The notes: generated from the sequence alone by a model not told the origin. Positions 18,695-29,419 are shown, numbered from the stretch's first letter. The stretch is 61,849 nt of DNA from a virus (IMGVR_UViG_3300037367_000013:1-61849); one strand, 5' to 3'. Numbers and translations: made by a program.

Positions 18695-19468
18695 ATGGCA
18701 TTCGTCCTACCTCCCAAGAAAGAAGTCGGCTATCTCGACCCGGAGATTGCCGGCGAGGGCGCAAAAGTCATTACAGGCGACGGAGAGGTTCTTACCTTTA
18801 ATCCTCCCCCTCCAAAGCCTGTAATGCCTGATCCAAGTGAAATCAAAAAGATCAGGCATTACTTCAACCGGATTTATCCAAAGACTCAAGTCTGGCCGGC
18901 GTGGCTTTATCATCCGACCGAACCGCCGCGCATCGTCAAGAATGCCGACGAGGCGGCAGAACTTGGTGTCTGTTATCGCCCGACCGATGCGGACGAACGT
19001 ATGCAGTTCGGTTTGGAGTATGTCTGGGATTGGAAAGAGGACAGCAAATGGCGCCCAAAGCCTTACACGGCAAAGCGCCATTATGATCCGGCACACCCGG
19101 AAACCGGCAAGGAGTACATCGCAACTCCGATGGCGCAGAGTGCCGCCAATCGCCAAATGCTGGATCAGGTCTTGCCGGAAGTTACTGCGGCTGTCGTCGC
19201 GGCATTGAAGCAGGGCGGTTCCGTCGCGCCTAACAAGGTTGATCCCAAACAATGGGATGAATTCCTCGCTTTCCAGGCGTGGCAGAAAACGAAAGAGGCC
19301 ATCGATACCATCGATGAGACAACGGAGTCTCCTGCTGGCAACGCTCTGACTGCCTCGCCTGACCAAGAGCGCGCCGCATGGGAAGCCGAAGCCGAACGCA
19401 AGGGCCTCAAGGTTGATCATCGCTGGTCGCTTGAAACCTTGAAAGAGCGCGTCCAGAAGGCCGCATGA
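18695..19468 (+). CDS. Head-associated protein with C-terminal HeH/Rho-N-like motif
   Basis: WPAWLYH...IVKNADE; C-terminal AERKGLKVDHRWSLETLKERV. Confidence 0.65.
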   Translation: MAFVLPPKKEVGYLDPEIAGEGAKVITGDGEVLTFNPPPPKPVMPDPSEIKKIRHYFNRIYPKTQVWPAWLYHPTEPPRIVKNADEAAELGVCYRPTDADERMQFGLEYVWDWKEDSKWRPKPYTAKRHYDPAHPETGKEYIATPMAQSAANRQMLDQVLPEVTAAVVAALKQGGSVAPNKVDPKQWDEFLAFQAWQKTKEAIDTIDETTESPAGNALTASPDQERAAWEAEAERKGLKVDHRWSLETLKERVQKAA

Positions 19469-19815
19469 GTTTAAACGGCCATCAAATAACTGAGACTGCC
19501 GCGCTTGTTCTTCCGATTAGGAACAAGTTTGGCTCGCGGGATGAATTTGTGGCGGCAGTTACGGATTCTTTCTCCAACTTGAATCATATGTATGAGACAG
19601 AGCCGGTATTGTTATCCCATCCAGAATGGACCCATAAAAATCTCGGCAAAACAGTCTTTTATGTTACGTTGCCCATCAGTCTCGCAAAATCCGGTGTTTA
19701 TGTTCACGCGCTCAGCAGCGTAGTAAAAAATGTGATTGAGAGGCGCAAAATGATTTTGCGGATTGCGCGTGTTGAAACCGATGATAAATGGTTCGTGTGG
19801 GTAGAGACCGACTAA
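19465..19815 (+). CDS. Hypothetical protein
   Basis: Coupled at both ends. Confidence 0.5.
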   Translation: MSLNGHQITETAALVLPIRNKFGSRDEFVAAVTDSFSNLNHMYETEPVLLSHPEWTHKNLGKTVFYVTLPISLAKSGVYVHALSSVVKNVIERRKMILRIARVETDDKWFVWVETD

Positions 19816-20589
19816 ATGGCCGGCCCTCCTCCGGCCGAAGCCGGAAATATTCCGTTAGATCAAGTTGGGGACCTTCTTACTAACGCGCTCGTTGATGGCG
19901 GAATTGTTGGCATTGATGAGGCAGTTGAGGCCGCAATTCTAAATCGCGCCTTTCGCCAAGCAAACTGGCTATTAGCCCAATGGGCACGCAAGCGATGGAT
20001 GATCTACCGCATTCAGGATTATGCGGTTACTGCAAACGGCAATCAGACTTACAATGTCGGCCTTAACGCGGATATCAATATAAATCCACGGCCAGACCGA
20101 CTTGAATACGCATTTGTGCGATTTCTCAATACGGGGGGACCTGCGCAGTTTCCGGTCGATATCCCGCTTGATATTATTCAATCACACGAAGATTATTCGC
20201 GTATCACCGTAAAAAGCATTGGCACTTTGCCGTGGAGGATTTTTTACGATCCGGTTTGGCCCGTTGGTGTTTTATTTCCTTGGCCGGTTCCGCAGTCTGG
20301 GCTCTATCAGCTTCACGTTGGGTTCAAATGCGTCTTGCCGCGCTTTACGAATATACAGGAGCCAATAAATTTTCCTCCTGAATACGAGCCGGCGATGAAT
20401 TATAATTTGGCTAGGCGTTTTCGTGCATCTTACCAGATGCCAGCCGATCCAGAAATTTCGGCTCTTGCGCGTGATTCTCTTAACGTCATTCGGCTTGCCA
20501 ACTCTGCCATGAGTACATTGCGGCTTCCAAATTTCCTCAGAAATCGTGATCGCGCATATTCATATCAATCGGACGATGTTGGCGATTAA
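19816..20589 (+). CDS. Head-tail adaptor (P22 gp4-like)
   Basis: N.LLAQW, FPWPVP, FPPEYE.AM.YNLA motifs; position after the coat gene. Confidence 0.7.
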   Translation: MAGPPPAEAGNIPLDQVGDLLTNALVDGGIVGIDEAVEAAILNRAFRQANWLLAQWARKRWMIYRIQDYAVTANGNQTYNVGLNADININPRPDRLEYAFVRFLNTGGPAQFPVDIPLDIIQSHEDYSRITVKSIGTLPWRIFYDPVWPVGVLFPWPVPQSGLYQLHVGFKCVLPRFTNIQEPINFPPEYEPAMNYNLARRFRASYQMPADPEISALARDSLNVIRLANSAMSTLRLPNFLRNRDRAYSYQSDDVGD

Positions 20590-21071
20590 TTACCATATTT
20601 CCATTTTGGTCGACTTGTACCCGGTTTGTCGAATAAATGATCTTCTGGCCATCCTCGATTTAATCTAGTCTTGAGTGTATTAACTTTGAAACCAAGCACT
20701 CGCTCGGCCATCTTTATCGACATAACTCTCCCATCAGGAATGGTTATAAGGCGAATGCCTGCTCTGCCGACATTGTTTGGCTTGTTATTGTTTTGTTGTT
20801 CAGCAGTTGCCCATCGCACATTGCCTGGTTCGTAATTGCCTCTATGATTAGGAAATCGGTCTAAGCTATATCCGGCTCCAGGCGGCTCGCCAATATCCTC
20901 TTTGAACTTGGCAAAATCGTTCCAACGTTCACAAACCTTGATGCCCTTAGCTCCATACCATTTATAGGCTTGATGGTTTGGGTTGGTGCATTTGTTTCGC
21001 ATGGTAAGCCATCGGCCATAGAGCTTTGTGCGCTTTCCAACGATATTCGCGCCGTGTTTGATGGGTGCCAT
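20586..21071 (-). CDS. HNH homing endonuclease, antisense in the late operon
   Basis: W..M..KC.NP...Y.WYG.KGI.VCERW..F..F..D.G....SLDR..N..GNYEPGNVRWAT..QQ.NN. Confidence 0.9.
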   Translation of the reverse strand: MAPIKHGANIVGKRTKLYGRWLTMRNKCTNPNHQAYKWYGAKGIKVCERWNDFAKFKEDIGEPPGAGYSLDRFPNHRGNYEPGNVRWATAEQQNNNKPNNVGRAGIRLITIPDGRVMSIKMAERVLGFKVNTLKTRLNRGWPEDHLFDKPGTSRPKWKYGN

Positions 21072-21117
21072 GAGCGACGTTAATCATAACTAACGCTACT
21101 CGTCAAGGAGAACTTTG

Positions 21118-21600
21118 ATGTTCAAGACCAATGCAAAACTTCTCATCGGCGCGGCCATCATCTTCGCTGGCATTGGCGCCGCCGCCGCTAAAATCGGAAC
21201 GGCGCCAAATCAATACGATGGCTACATTCCCATCGAAGGTAAGTGGGTTTATGGCGTGGCTGCAGGTCAGAACTTCATTTATCAGAACGGTCTTACTGCC
21301 GTAGGAACAAATCAGGCGACTGCGCTGCAACTCGGCGTCGGCTATTATTTGATGGAAGTCGATACGGCGGGGTCTGGCGGTGCGACGGGTGTTGCTCTTC
21401 CGGCCTGTATCGCGGGAACGCAAATCGTTCTCGTTGATAATACCGCTTACACAATCGACGTTTACCCGCAGATCAATAACAATACCGCGCTCTCGCCTGC
21501 AGCTCAGGACACCATCAACAACAGCACAAGCACCACTATTACTACCTATACGAACAAGGTGTTTACTTGCGGCAAGACCGGCGTGTGGTCGGCGAAATAA
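21118..21600 (+). CDS. Exported paralogue of the tail-tip protein at 24190
   Basis: Signal MFKTNAKLLIGAAIIFAGIGAAAA; LTA.GT..ATALQL...VYP shared with 24190-24648; two Cys. Confidence 0.75.
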   Translation: MFKTNAKLLIGAAIIFAGIGAAAAKIGTAPNQYDGYIPIEGKWVYGVAAGQNFIYQNGLTAVGTNQATALQLGVGYYLMEVDTAGSGGATGVALPACIAGTQIVLVDNTAYTIDVYPQINNNTALSPAAQDTINNSTSTTITTYTNKVFTCGKTGVWSAK

Positions 21601-21609
21601 CGGTGTTGC

Positions 21610-22686
21610 TTGAGCAGCCATCGTAATAAGCGCCGGCGCCAGCAACGCGAAGAGCGTGAGGCACGAGAAAAACGCGCACAGTCAGAGGCGATAATCTTCC
21701 ATGAGAGTCCGCCCGCAGTATTACGGCTGGTTCGATCAGAGGGGGAAAGTGTACCGGCTGAGCCGATTGCCACCGGACTCGCCAGTGAGACCGTCAGTGT
21801 CATTCCAGAACCTGCACGAATTGAAACTAGCGACGGAACACAAGCGGGTTCAAGTGCTCTGGCATCCGCCGTTGACGCTCCAACAGTCCCAAGAGTGGAG
21901 CGGATTGAGCCTGTCCGCATAAGGCGTAGTTTCGACGCTAACGATATCAACCCGATCCTGAATGATCCGAGCATTTTCCCGTTTGTTTCAATTCCGGGGA
22001 TGGATCATATCGACGTTGCTCCTGTCTTGGCCGATGAACGTAACATTCTGTTGATGGCTGACGGCGGTGGTATCCTGTGTTGCTGGGTTGAACCCGGCGC
22101 TTACGAAATCCATACCAACTTTCTCAAGCCAGAACGCGGAACCCATCCAGAACGCGGCCCTTATATCCGCAATGCTTGTCTTGCGGCTTATCGTTGGATG
22201 TTTACGCGCACCGAATGCACTGTGCTTCTTACTAAAATCCCGGCCTTCAATCGTGCAGCCGCTATCTTTGCCCCGCTGCTAGGTTGGGTCAAACAATTTG
22301 AACGTAAGGCGGTTTGGCCTACCAAGGAGGGCCTTGTCGATCAGAGCTATTGGGCACTTAGTTACAACGATTGGGTCCGCAAGACGCCTGAATTAGTGGA
22401 GTCAGGCCATAAGTTTCACGACAGATTGCGCGAAGAATTCCTGCGTCACGGTCATGCCGAAGAACAGCATCCCGATGATGAATGCCATGATATTCATGTC
22501 GGTGCTTGCGCGGAAATGATTTTCGGTGGCCAGCCGCAAAAGGCTGTTGCTCTCTATAACGCTTGGGCGCGATTTGCCGAGTATGGGCAGATCAGTTTGA
22601 TTTCCGAACATCCGACCGTGATCGATATCGGCAATGCGCTTTTGCAGATTACCGGCGATACCTTCAAGGTTGTCATGGTGAGGTAG
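21610..22686 (+). CDS. GNAT-like tail assembly protein with disordered N-terminus
   Basis: PGAYEIHTNFL...WMFTRT...LTKIP.FN.AA pattern; TTG start uncertain. Confidence 0.5.
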   Translation: MSSHRNKRRRQQREEREAREKRAQSEAIIFHESPPAVLRLVRSEGESVPAEPIATGLASETVSVIPEPARIETSDGTQAGSSALASAVDAPTVPRVERIEPVRIRRSFDANDINPILNDPSIFPFVSIPGMDHIDVAPVLADERNILLMADGGGILCCWVEPGAYEIHTNFLKPERGTHPERGPYIRNACLAAYRWMFTRTECTVLLTKIPAFNRAAAIFAPLLGWVKQFERKAVWPTKEGLVDQSYWALSYNDWVRKTPELVESGHKFHDRLREEFLRHGHAEEQHPDDECHDIHVGACAEMIFGGQPQKAVALYNAWARFAEYGQISLISEHPTVIDIGNALLQITGDTFKVVMVR

Positions 22687-22690
22687 CTCG

Positions 22691-24193
22691 ATGGTCGCAC
22701 TGGCTTTGACCTCTGGCGCCTATCAAAGTGAATCGTATATCGCTTCCGCCCAAAGGGCGATAAATCTGTTTACAGAAAAGAACCCACAAGAAACAAATTC
22801 AAAGTTTCCGACCACGCAATATGTGCGGCCAGGACTATTGTTGCAGGGCACGCCGCCCCAACTGGTCGCTGGCCGTTGTCTTTATGGAGCTACGAATGGC
22901 GATCTCTATGCCGTCATAGGGCAGGGGATTTTCTATGTTAATCCCGACAATGTTTTCAATCAGATCGGGACTGTAATTTCTGATCTCACCACACCATGCT
23001 ACATGGCGGACAACGGAACAAATATCCTTTTGGTTGATGGTTCTGCTTATGGCTACCAGATCAATATGGCAAGTCGCGTTGTTACGCAGGTAGCCGATCC
23101 GAATTTCCTAGGCTCGGATCGCGTTGATTTCATCGACTCATATCTGATCCTCAATAAACCAAAGACAAACGAATGGTACTGCACACTATCTGATGAAGTG
23201 GCGTGGAACGCGCTTTATATCGGCGTCAAGACGGCGTGGCCTGATAATGTCCTGTGTGTTGTAGCCATTGAACGTGAAGTCTGGGTGTTCGGACCAAAGA
23301 AAAGCGAAGTCTGGTACAACGCGGGTGCTACACCTTTCCCGTTCCAGATATTGCCCGGCGTTATCATTGAGCAGGGCTGCGCGGCAAAATATTCGCCAGC
23401 CAAAATGGATACTAACGTTTACTGGCTATCCCAATCGCCGGAAGGCGCGCGGATGGTCATGCGCGGGAATGCCCAGAACGTTGCGCAGCGAGTTTCGACG
23501 CACGCCATTGAAGAAGAGTTCCTAAGTTACGCGCGGGTTGATGACGCGATAGGTTCTGTTTACCAGATTGAAGGCCATTCGTTCTACGAACTGCACTTTC
23601 CAAGCGCGGACAAGACTTGGGCTTTCGATCAGGCGACCGAACAGTGGATGGAAGATTGTTCGATAGATAACAACGGCGTTCTGCATCGCGCCAGAAATTC
23701 TTTTACGGCTTACGCCTATGGAAAGAATTACGGCCTCGATTGGAATACCGGGCTGCTCTATCTGATAGACCAAAAGACCTATACCGATAACGGTCAAGTC
23801 ATTCCGTGGATCAGGTCGTTTCCACATTATGCCAACGAACTGAAATATCAAAATCTGGCGGCCATCGTTGCCGATGTTGAAACCGGAACTAGACCGAATA
23901 CCGGCGAATCCACGCAATTTCTGTCGCCGTGGAGTTCAGGTTTTAGTTCTGGATTTGGGCCGCTTACTGAGGTTCCGGCGCCAGTCATAAATCTTCGTGT
24001 CTCACGAAATGGCGGCGCTTCCTACGGCAATAACCGTCCTAAGGGGATGGTTGGCTCAGGACGTTATCGGTCGATGATGCGCTGGCGAGGCAATGGCATG
24101 GCGCGCGATTGGGTTATTGAATTGAGTTCTACCGCCGCAATGTCTGGCGCTCTCAATGGGGCGTATATCGATCCCATCGGGGCTAATGCGTGA
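22691..24193 (+). CDS. Tail hub / DNA stabilization protein (P22 gp10-like)
   Basis: Beta-propeller-like; EVWYN.G, IEQGCAA..S, YQIEGH.FY.L.FP...TW.FD..T..W, S.NGG.SY. Confidence 0.85.
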   Translation: MVALALTSGAYQSESYIASAQRAINLFTEKNPQETNSKFPTTQYVRPGLLLQGTPPQLVAGRCLYGATNGDLYAVIGQGIFYVNPDNVFNQIGTVISDLTTPCYMADNGTNILLVDGSAYGYQINMASRVVTQVADPNFLGSDRVDFIDSYLILNKPKTNEWYCTLSDEVAWNALYIGVKTAWPDNVLCVVAIEREVWVFGPKKSEVWYNAGATPFPFQILPGVIIEQGCAAKYSPAKMDTNVYWLSQSPEGARMVMRGNAQNVAQRVSTHAIEEEFLSYARVDDAIGSVYQIEGHSFYELHFPSADKTWAFDQATEQWMEDCSIDNNGVLHRARNSFTAYAYGKNYGLDWNTGLLYLIDQKTYTDNGQVIPWIRSFPHYANELKYQNLAAIVADVETGTRPNTGESTQFLSPWSSGFSSGFGPLTEVPAPVINLRVSRNGGASYGNNRPKGMVGSGRYRSMMRWRGNGMARDWVIELSSTAAMSGALNGAYIDPIGANA

Positions 24194-24648
24194 GCATAAA
24201 GAACGGGTCTAGTGTTAACGCCCAATTTATCCCAACTGCCGCTCTAGTCGATCAAAATGGAATTCCCACCACGGCTTACGGTCGTGGTTTTTTGCAAGCG
24301 GTATGGGTGCGTGGCGGAAGCGGAACAGGAATCGTTCCTGTTGTCAGTCCGTCTCTGACGGCGGCCGGAACCACAATCGCAACCGCGCTCCAATTGACTG
24401 CGGATTGGAACAACGTTGCTACAGCAGCGGCGGGCAGCGGTGTGGCGATTGCCGCGCAACTTAATTTGCAGCCGGGAAATGATATTTGGGTGTTCAATAG
24501 TGCAGCTAATACCGTGAAGGTCTATCCGCCAAATCCAGTTACGCAGATAGATGCGCTCGGCAATGGTGCTCCCTATTCGCTCACGCCTGGAAAACTGCGC
24601 TGTTTCCAATGCTGGGCCGCGACGCAGTTTCATTCTTATGGAAATTGA
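24190..24648 (+). CDS. Tail needle/tip-like protein (no signal peptide)
   Basis: N-terminal LVDQNG.PT..GRGFLQAVW anchor-like motif; follows the gp10-like gene. Confidence 0.55.
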   Translation: MSIKNGSSVNAQFIPTAALVDQNGIPTTAYGRGFLQAVWVRGGSGTGIVPVVSPSLTAAGTTIATALQLTADWNNVATAAAGSGVAIAAQLNLQPGNDIWVFNSAANTVKVYPPNPVTQIDALGNGAPYSLTPGKLRCFQCWAATQFHSYGN

Positions 24649-24657
24649 GCAAACACG

Positions 24658-25347
24658 ATGCCTGTCGGCGCCACAATAGGAGCGATTGGTTCTATCGCTG
24701 GGGCCGGGCTTGGTGTGTTCGGGTCACTAACTGCATCCAAGCAACAGCAGCAGGGATTGCAAGCAGCTCTTGCCGCGCAGGAGGGAATGTTCAACACGGC
24801 CCAAGGTGCGTTGCAGCCTTATTATACAACGGGTGCCGGTGTCGGATCGACTTTAAGTTCGCTGCTGACTCCTGGTGCCAATCAGACCGCTACGCTCTCA
24901 CAAATTCCGGGCTACCAATTCGCCCAAAATTGGGGACAGCAAGCGGTTCAAAATCTTGGCACCACAACTGGACTTGGCGGAAACACGCTGACTGCCGGTG
25001 CCAATTTTGCAACCGGGCTAGCGCAACAGAATTTTGGTCAATTGATCAATCCGCTTCTGAGCCTTTATCAGACCGGAGCGGGCGCAGCCAGTTCGTTGGC
25101 TGGCGCGGCAGGGCAATTCAGCGGGCAAATCGGTCAGACTCAGGCCGGTATTGGTCAAGCGCAAGCCGCAGGCACGTTAGGTGCGACCAATGCGGCGTCC
25201 AGCGGTTTAACGGGTGCGTCGAATTCGATCCTCAATACAGCATTGTTCAGCCGTTTGCTCGGTGGCGCTAATAACGCAAGTAATCCCGGTATCTATTCGA
25301 CGGGCTCAGTGCCTTATCCAAACGCGCCTTTTAGTGCTGGTGCCTAA
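24658..25347 (+). CDS. DNA ejection protein (gp7-like)
   Basis: Gly/Ala/Gln-rich; LQPY...G, PGYQF motifs. Confidence 0.75.
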   Translation: MPVGATIGAIGSIAGAGLGVFGSLTASKQQQQGLQAALAAQEGMFNTAQGALQPYYTTGAGVGSTLSSLLTPGANQTATLSQIPGYQFAQNWGQQAVQNLGTTTGLGGNTLTAGANFATGLAQQNFGQLINPLLSLYQTGAGAASSLAGAAGQFSGQIGQTQAGIGQAQAAGTLGATNAASSGLTGASNSILNTALFSRLLGGANNASNPGIYSTGSVPYPNAPFSAGA

Positions 25348-25895
25348 TGCCAAGCGCACTCAACGCACTCTCGCCGAAAGTCTCGTCTCGCCCGCGCGCA
25401 ACTGCGCTCAGTGGCGGCGCACCCCCTCCCGCGCCAGCAATGCCGCAAATGCAGGAAGGCAGCGGCCCTCCCGGTATGCAGCCTGGAGGTCAACAGCAAA
25501 CTCCCGCGCCGTCGCACGATCAGACAGTTGCATCGTTGCGGCATTTTCAGGCAATTGCGACACAACTAAAAGCATTGCTCGCTAGTCCCGATCTCGGCCG
25601 AACCGATATGAAAGATGTCGTGATCGATGGAACGACGCGGCTTGTCGCTGATCGCATGATTCCGCCATCACAGGCGGTGACGACATTGGCGACATTTCCA
25701 GAGCGCCCATTTGACCAAAAACAATGGGTAACTCAGCACATGCAACAGATTATTCAAGCGCGCGATCTTGTTCTAGCACACCACGCCGCCGCGTTTGCCG
25801 GTCAAGGTCCGCAACAGGCTCCTGATCCGAGTTCTCATATGGCAAACATCGGTTCAATGATGAGCGGGAGCTATTCAGGTCAGCCGAATGCCTGA
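25347..25895 (+). CDS. Probable internal virion protein
   Basis: Pro/Gln-rich; between ejection genes. Confidence 0.55.
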   Translation: MPSALNALSPKVSSRPRATALSGGAPPPAPAMPQMQEGSGPPGMQPGGQQQTPAPSHDQTVASLRHFQAIATQLKALLASPDLGRTDMKDVVIDGTTRLVADRMIPPSQAVTTLATFPERPFDQKQWVTQHMQQIIQARDLVLAHHAAAFAGQGPQQAPDPSSHMANIGSMMSGSYSGQPNA

Positions 25896-27060
25896 TCTCA
25901 GCGGATTATACCCGCAACCCCCGCAACAAAACCAAAGTTTGCTAAGTGGCAATCCGCAGCAATTGATTGGGACGCTCGGCGAATTGCAGCGCATTGGTAT
26001 TTTGAATCAGCAGGCGCCTGCTCTAATGCAGGAACCTGCCGCTAATTTACAGAATACGCAGATCGCCAATCAGACGGCACAGATTCAACAGCAGGAAGCG
26101 GCGCGAAAATTGGTATGGGGTGCGCTCGGTAACGGCATCAACGGCATGGGTAATCCATCGCCAGATGATGTGCATAATACCGTCGTCAATCTCTCGCGCG
26201 CTTATCCGCAGATCGCGACACAATATCCCGACATTTTCAATTCAGCGTCGGACATGCTCTTAGCGCCGGGCGGCATCAAGAAAAATGCCGCTGTCATGAT
26301 GAATTCGGTCATGTCGCCCGAAGCTGCTTCTGCGCCGACCGACGTGGGTTTCGATTCACAAACAGGACGGACAACGACTGGAACGCGTGGTCAGTTCAAT
26401 GTAACTGCAGCATCAGGTCCAGTATCAACACAGGCCCCTCCTGGTACGGCGGAATCCGCGCAAGTCATGCAAAGCGATTTGCAGCGTGCCGGCACGTTCA
26501 GTCAGGATATGTTCCCGTGGCAACAGGCATTGAAAAAATTACAGGCGCTTGGTCCCGGTGCGACTGCCCCCGGTTCGCAAGGGCGTCAGGAATTGGAATC
26601 ATTCATCTATGGCTTGGCTCCAAGCCTCGTCCCTCAAACTGAGCTTGACAAGATCAAAAACTACGCCGATTTGCAAAAATATCTGACGAACGCGATGCAG
26701 CAGCGCGCCCAGAATCTTGGCCCTCATACCAATGAGGGGCTTTCAACGATGGCGACTGGAAGCCCGAACGTTAATATCAACGATATGTCGGTCGATGAGC
26801 TGATCAAAGCCAATATCGGATTGAGACGAGCGGAGCAGGCGCAAATTCTGGAATCTGCGAAAGCTGGTCCCGCTAATTACACTGGCGCAAAAGCGCAGAT
26901 AGCTGGAAATCAGGACATAACCGCTTTTGGCATGGACATGATGTCGCCTGAACAGATTGCTGGCCTTCAAAAGAACTTGAAAGGCGGCGCGCGGGCGAAA
27001 TTTAATTCATCGCTTCATTCTGCAATTAGCAACGGCCTGATTACGCCTCCAGGTCAGTAA
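25888..27060 (+). CDS. DNA ejection protein (gp20-like position)
   Basis: Gln/Ala-rich helical protein without Cys; synteny. Confidence 0.6.
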   Translation: MPDLSGLYPQPPQQNQSLLSGNPQQLIGTLGELQRIGILNQQAPALMQEPAANLQNTQIANQTAQIQQQEAARKLVWGALGNGINGMGNPSPDDVHNTVVNLSRAYPQIATQYPDIFNSASDMLLAPGGIKKNAAVMMNSVMSPEAASAPTDVGFDSQTGRTTTGTRGQFNVTAASGPVSTQAPPGTAESAQVMQSDLQRAGTFSQDMFPWQQALKKLQALGPGATAPGSQGRQELESFIYGLAPSLVPQTELDKIKNYADLQKYLTNAMQQRAQNLGPHTNEGLSTMATGSPNVNINDMSVDELIKANIGLRRAEQAQILESAKAGPANYTGAKAQIAGNQDITAFGMDMMSPEQIAGLQKNLKGGARAKFNSSLHSAISNGLITPPGQ

Positions 27061-29339
27061 TGGCAGACACTTTAACGCCAGACGATCTTGATGCAGTGAC
27101 CAGAACTGTTCTCGCCGAGGCCGGAAACCAAGGCGACAACGGAATGGCTGCGGTTGCCTCTGTGATCAGGAACCGTGTTAATTCAGGTCAATATGGAAAT
27201 TCGCCCTCTGATGTAGTGTTGGCCCCTGATCAATTCTCGGCGTGGTCATTACCGCGCAACGATCCGAATAACCCTTCGCGGTTTTCCACTAAAAATCCGC
27301 AATATCAGCATGCGGCAAATATTGTGAATTCCGTTTGGTCGGGAAAAACGCCAGACCAAACGAATGGTGCCGATCATTACTTGAATCCTTCAATTGTCCA
27401 AGCCCAGAAAGGAACCTTACCAGCTTGGGCACAGGGACAGCCTACTGCTCAAATTGGCGCGCATTCTTTCTATTCGCAAAGCGGTCCTGACTTGCTAGGC
27501 GCATGGAACGCGCCTTCCACTGGGGCCCCTTCCGCTGGCACTGCACCCGCGTCAACCGCTGCTCCTGATTTGCTCGGATCATGGGGCAATAATGCCGCTC
27601 CTGACATAACCGCCGGCGCACAATCGCCATTGCGCATTACTATTCATCCGCAGAATTACGCGCCCGCGCCAGGGCAACCGGAAACCCCGGCACAATGGAC
27701 CAATCGTATTCTCGCTGAACATCAAGGCGATAATCTAACGGATGAGGCGGTGCGTCTTGGCGTTGGGGGATTGCGTGGTGTTGGGGACGTTGCCGATACA
27801 ATTGCACAGGCGGCGGCATCGACTGGAACGGCAGGCGCAAATGTTCTGCAAAATGCCGGCGTGATCTCGCCACAAACGGCAGGCGCGGTTCAGAATTGGG
27901 GGGCCAATGTCAACCAGCGCGTCATTCAAGCCCGCAATTCCTTCGACGATCTTTCCGCGAACAGTCCTCTGGCGCAAGCCGGTAGAATTGGTGGTCAGAT
28001 TATTGGTACTGGCCCTCTTCTTGGTGCTGGTGGGGCAGCAATTGAGGGAGCGACGGGACTCAGCACAGTACTAGCAGCGCGTCCAGTAATTGGGGCAGCA
28101 TTGACCGGCGCCGGTGCTGGCGCGGGCGCATCTGCGCTTACATCCGCCGCCTCAGATCAGTCGTTAGGTCAGCAGATTGGGACTGGTGCGTTAGCCGGTG
28201 GATTACTTGGACCGTTAGGTTATGGCGCTTCTAAAGTTGGGGCCGGAATTAATCGCGGTCTGTTTGGTTCAATCGCACCAGAAACCGCACAGCTTGCGCA
28301 GACCGCGCGCGACACTTATGGAATTCCGGTTACTGCCGGCCAGATGAGTACTAGCCCTCCCGTGCGCTTTCTCGATTCGGTTCTGCAAAGACTGCCATTT
28401 TCCGGGTACGCTTCCAGAACTGCACAGCAGCAATCCGGGCTTAATCGCGCGGTTGCCAACGAAATGGGTGTCAGCGTGGACGCAATTACCCCCAGCGTGA
28501 TCGATACGGCCAAGAAAACAGCATACGCTGATTATGACGCCGCGAAGTCGAATATGGGTACGCTGAATGTTGACCAGAAATTCGGCGACGACCTAAAGAA
28601 CGTTTACGATAACGCGCATTACAATCTCGAACCGGCTCAAGCCAAACTGGTTGATAAGCATTTGTCGAATGTCTTGAGCAAAGTCGATCAAACTAACGGA
28701 ACACTAGACCCTGATCTATATCAGACATTGACGCGAAAGAATGGTCCTCTTGATAACGCGATCAATTCTCGCGATTCCAAGGTTTCGACTTACGCATCTA
28801 ATATCAAGGATGCTCTTGAAAATCTTGTGGGGCGGAATGATCCCGCTCTAAAAAAGCTCAAGGACGAGGCAGACTACAAATATTTTGTTGCCAAGTCTCT
28901 GGAGAATGGCCGCGAGAATTTAATATCGGCATCGGGTGACGTTAATCCGTCGCTGCTTTATGGGGCCGTTGATAGAAGCGGGACGCCTATCGGAACATTA
29001 GGCCAAATCGGCAAACGCTTTATGCGCGAGCCGCCAAGTTCTGGAACCACCGAACGCGCTTTGACGATGGGTCTTATTGGCAGCGGGCTAGGTGCGATTG
29101 GGTACGGTGGATATGAGTTCGATCCCGACAACTTTCAACGCAACGCGGCACTTAGCGTAGCGGCGCTTTTAGCCGGACGCGGCGGAAGCGCGATCCTCAG
29201 AAGCGGTCCTCTTGCTAATGCGCTTATCCGTTCTGGCGGTGGATCGGCTCAACGTTATCCATTTGTGAATCTCTTGTCGCGTGCTGCGCCTGCCGCTGCG
29301 CTCACTTACCGAAACGCCAATGGGCTTCCCGGTCAATAG
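27060..29339 (+). CDS. Large ejection protein with N-terminal SleB/Hydrolase_2 cell-wall hydrolase domain
   Basis: RTVLAEA..QG..GM.AVA.VIRNR...QFS.W...GADHY...IG.H.FY, followed by Gly/Ala-rich helices. Confidence 0.85.
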   Translation: MADTLTPDDLDAVTRTVLAEAGNQGDNGMAAVASVIRNRVNSGQYGNSPSDVVLAPDQFSAWSLPRNDPNNPSRFSTKNPQYQHAANIVNSVWSGKTPDQTNGADHYLNPSIVQAQKGTLPAWAQGQPTAQIGAHSFYSQSGPDLLGAWNAPSTGAPSAGTAPASTAAPDLLGSWGNNAAPDITAGAQSPLRITIHPQNYAPAPGQPETPAQWTNRILAEHQGDNLTDEAVRLGVGGLRGVGDVADTIAQAAASTGTAGANVLQNAGVISPQTAGAVQNWGANVNQRVIQARNSFDDLSANSPLAQAGRIGGQIIGTGPLLGAGGAAIEGATGLSTVLAARPVIGAALTGAGAGAGASALTSAASDQSLGQQIGTGALAGGLLGPLGYGASKVGAGINRGLFGSIAPETAQLAQTARDTYGIPVTAGQMSTSPPVRFLDSVLQRLPFSGYASRTAQQQSGLNRAVANEMGVSVDAITPSVIDTAKKTAYADYDAAKSNMGTLNVDQKFGDDLKNVYDNAHYNLEPAQAKLVDKHLSNVLSKVDQTNGTLDPDLYQTLTRKNGPLDNAINSRDSKVSTYASNIKDALENLVGRNDPALKKLKDEADYKYFVAKSLENGRENLISASGDVNPSLLYGAVDRSGTPIGTLGQIGKRFMREPPSSGTTERALTMGLIGSGLGAIGYGGYEFDPDNFQRNAALSVAALLAGRGGSAILRSGPLANALIRSGGGSAQRYPFVNLLSRAAPAAALTYRNANGLPGQ

Positions 29340-29419
29340 ACCGTAGGTAAAGCAGCCCCCGACAAAAATCAAAATTGTCCACCAATTCAAGTGCATCGCC
29401 ATTTCCTAAAGGAGCGTTC

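Noticed and set aside
21080-21095. CtrA box
   Set aside because: Spacing and the second half-site do not match TTAA-N7-TTAA.
29169-29402. Antisense membrane peptide at the end of the ejection gene
   Set aside because: It mostly overlaps the ejection gene and has no clear RBS, so it cannot be supported.
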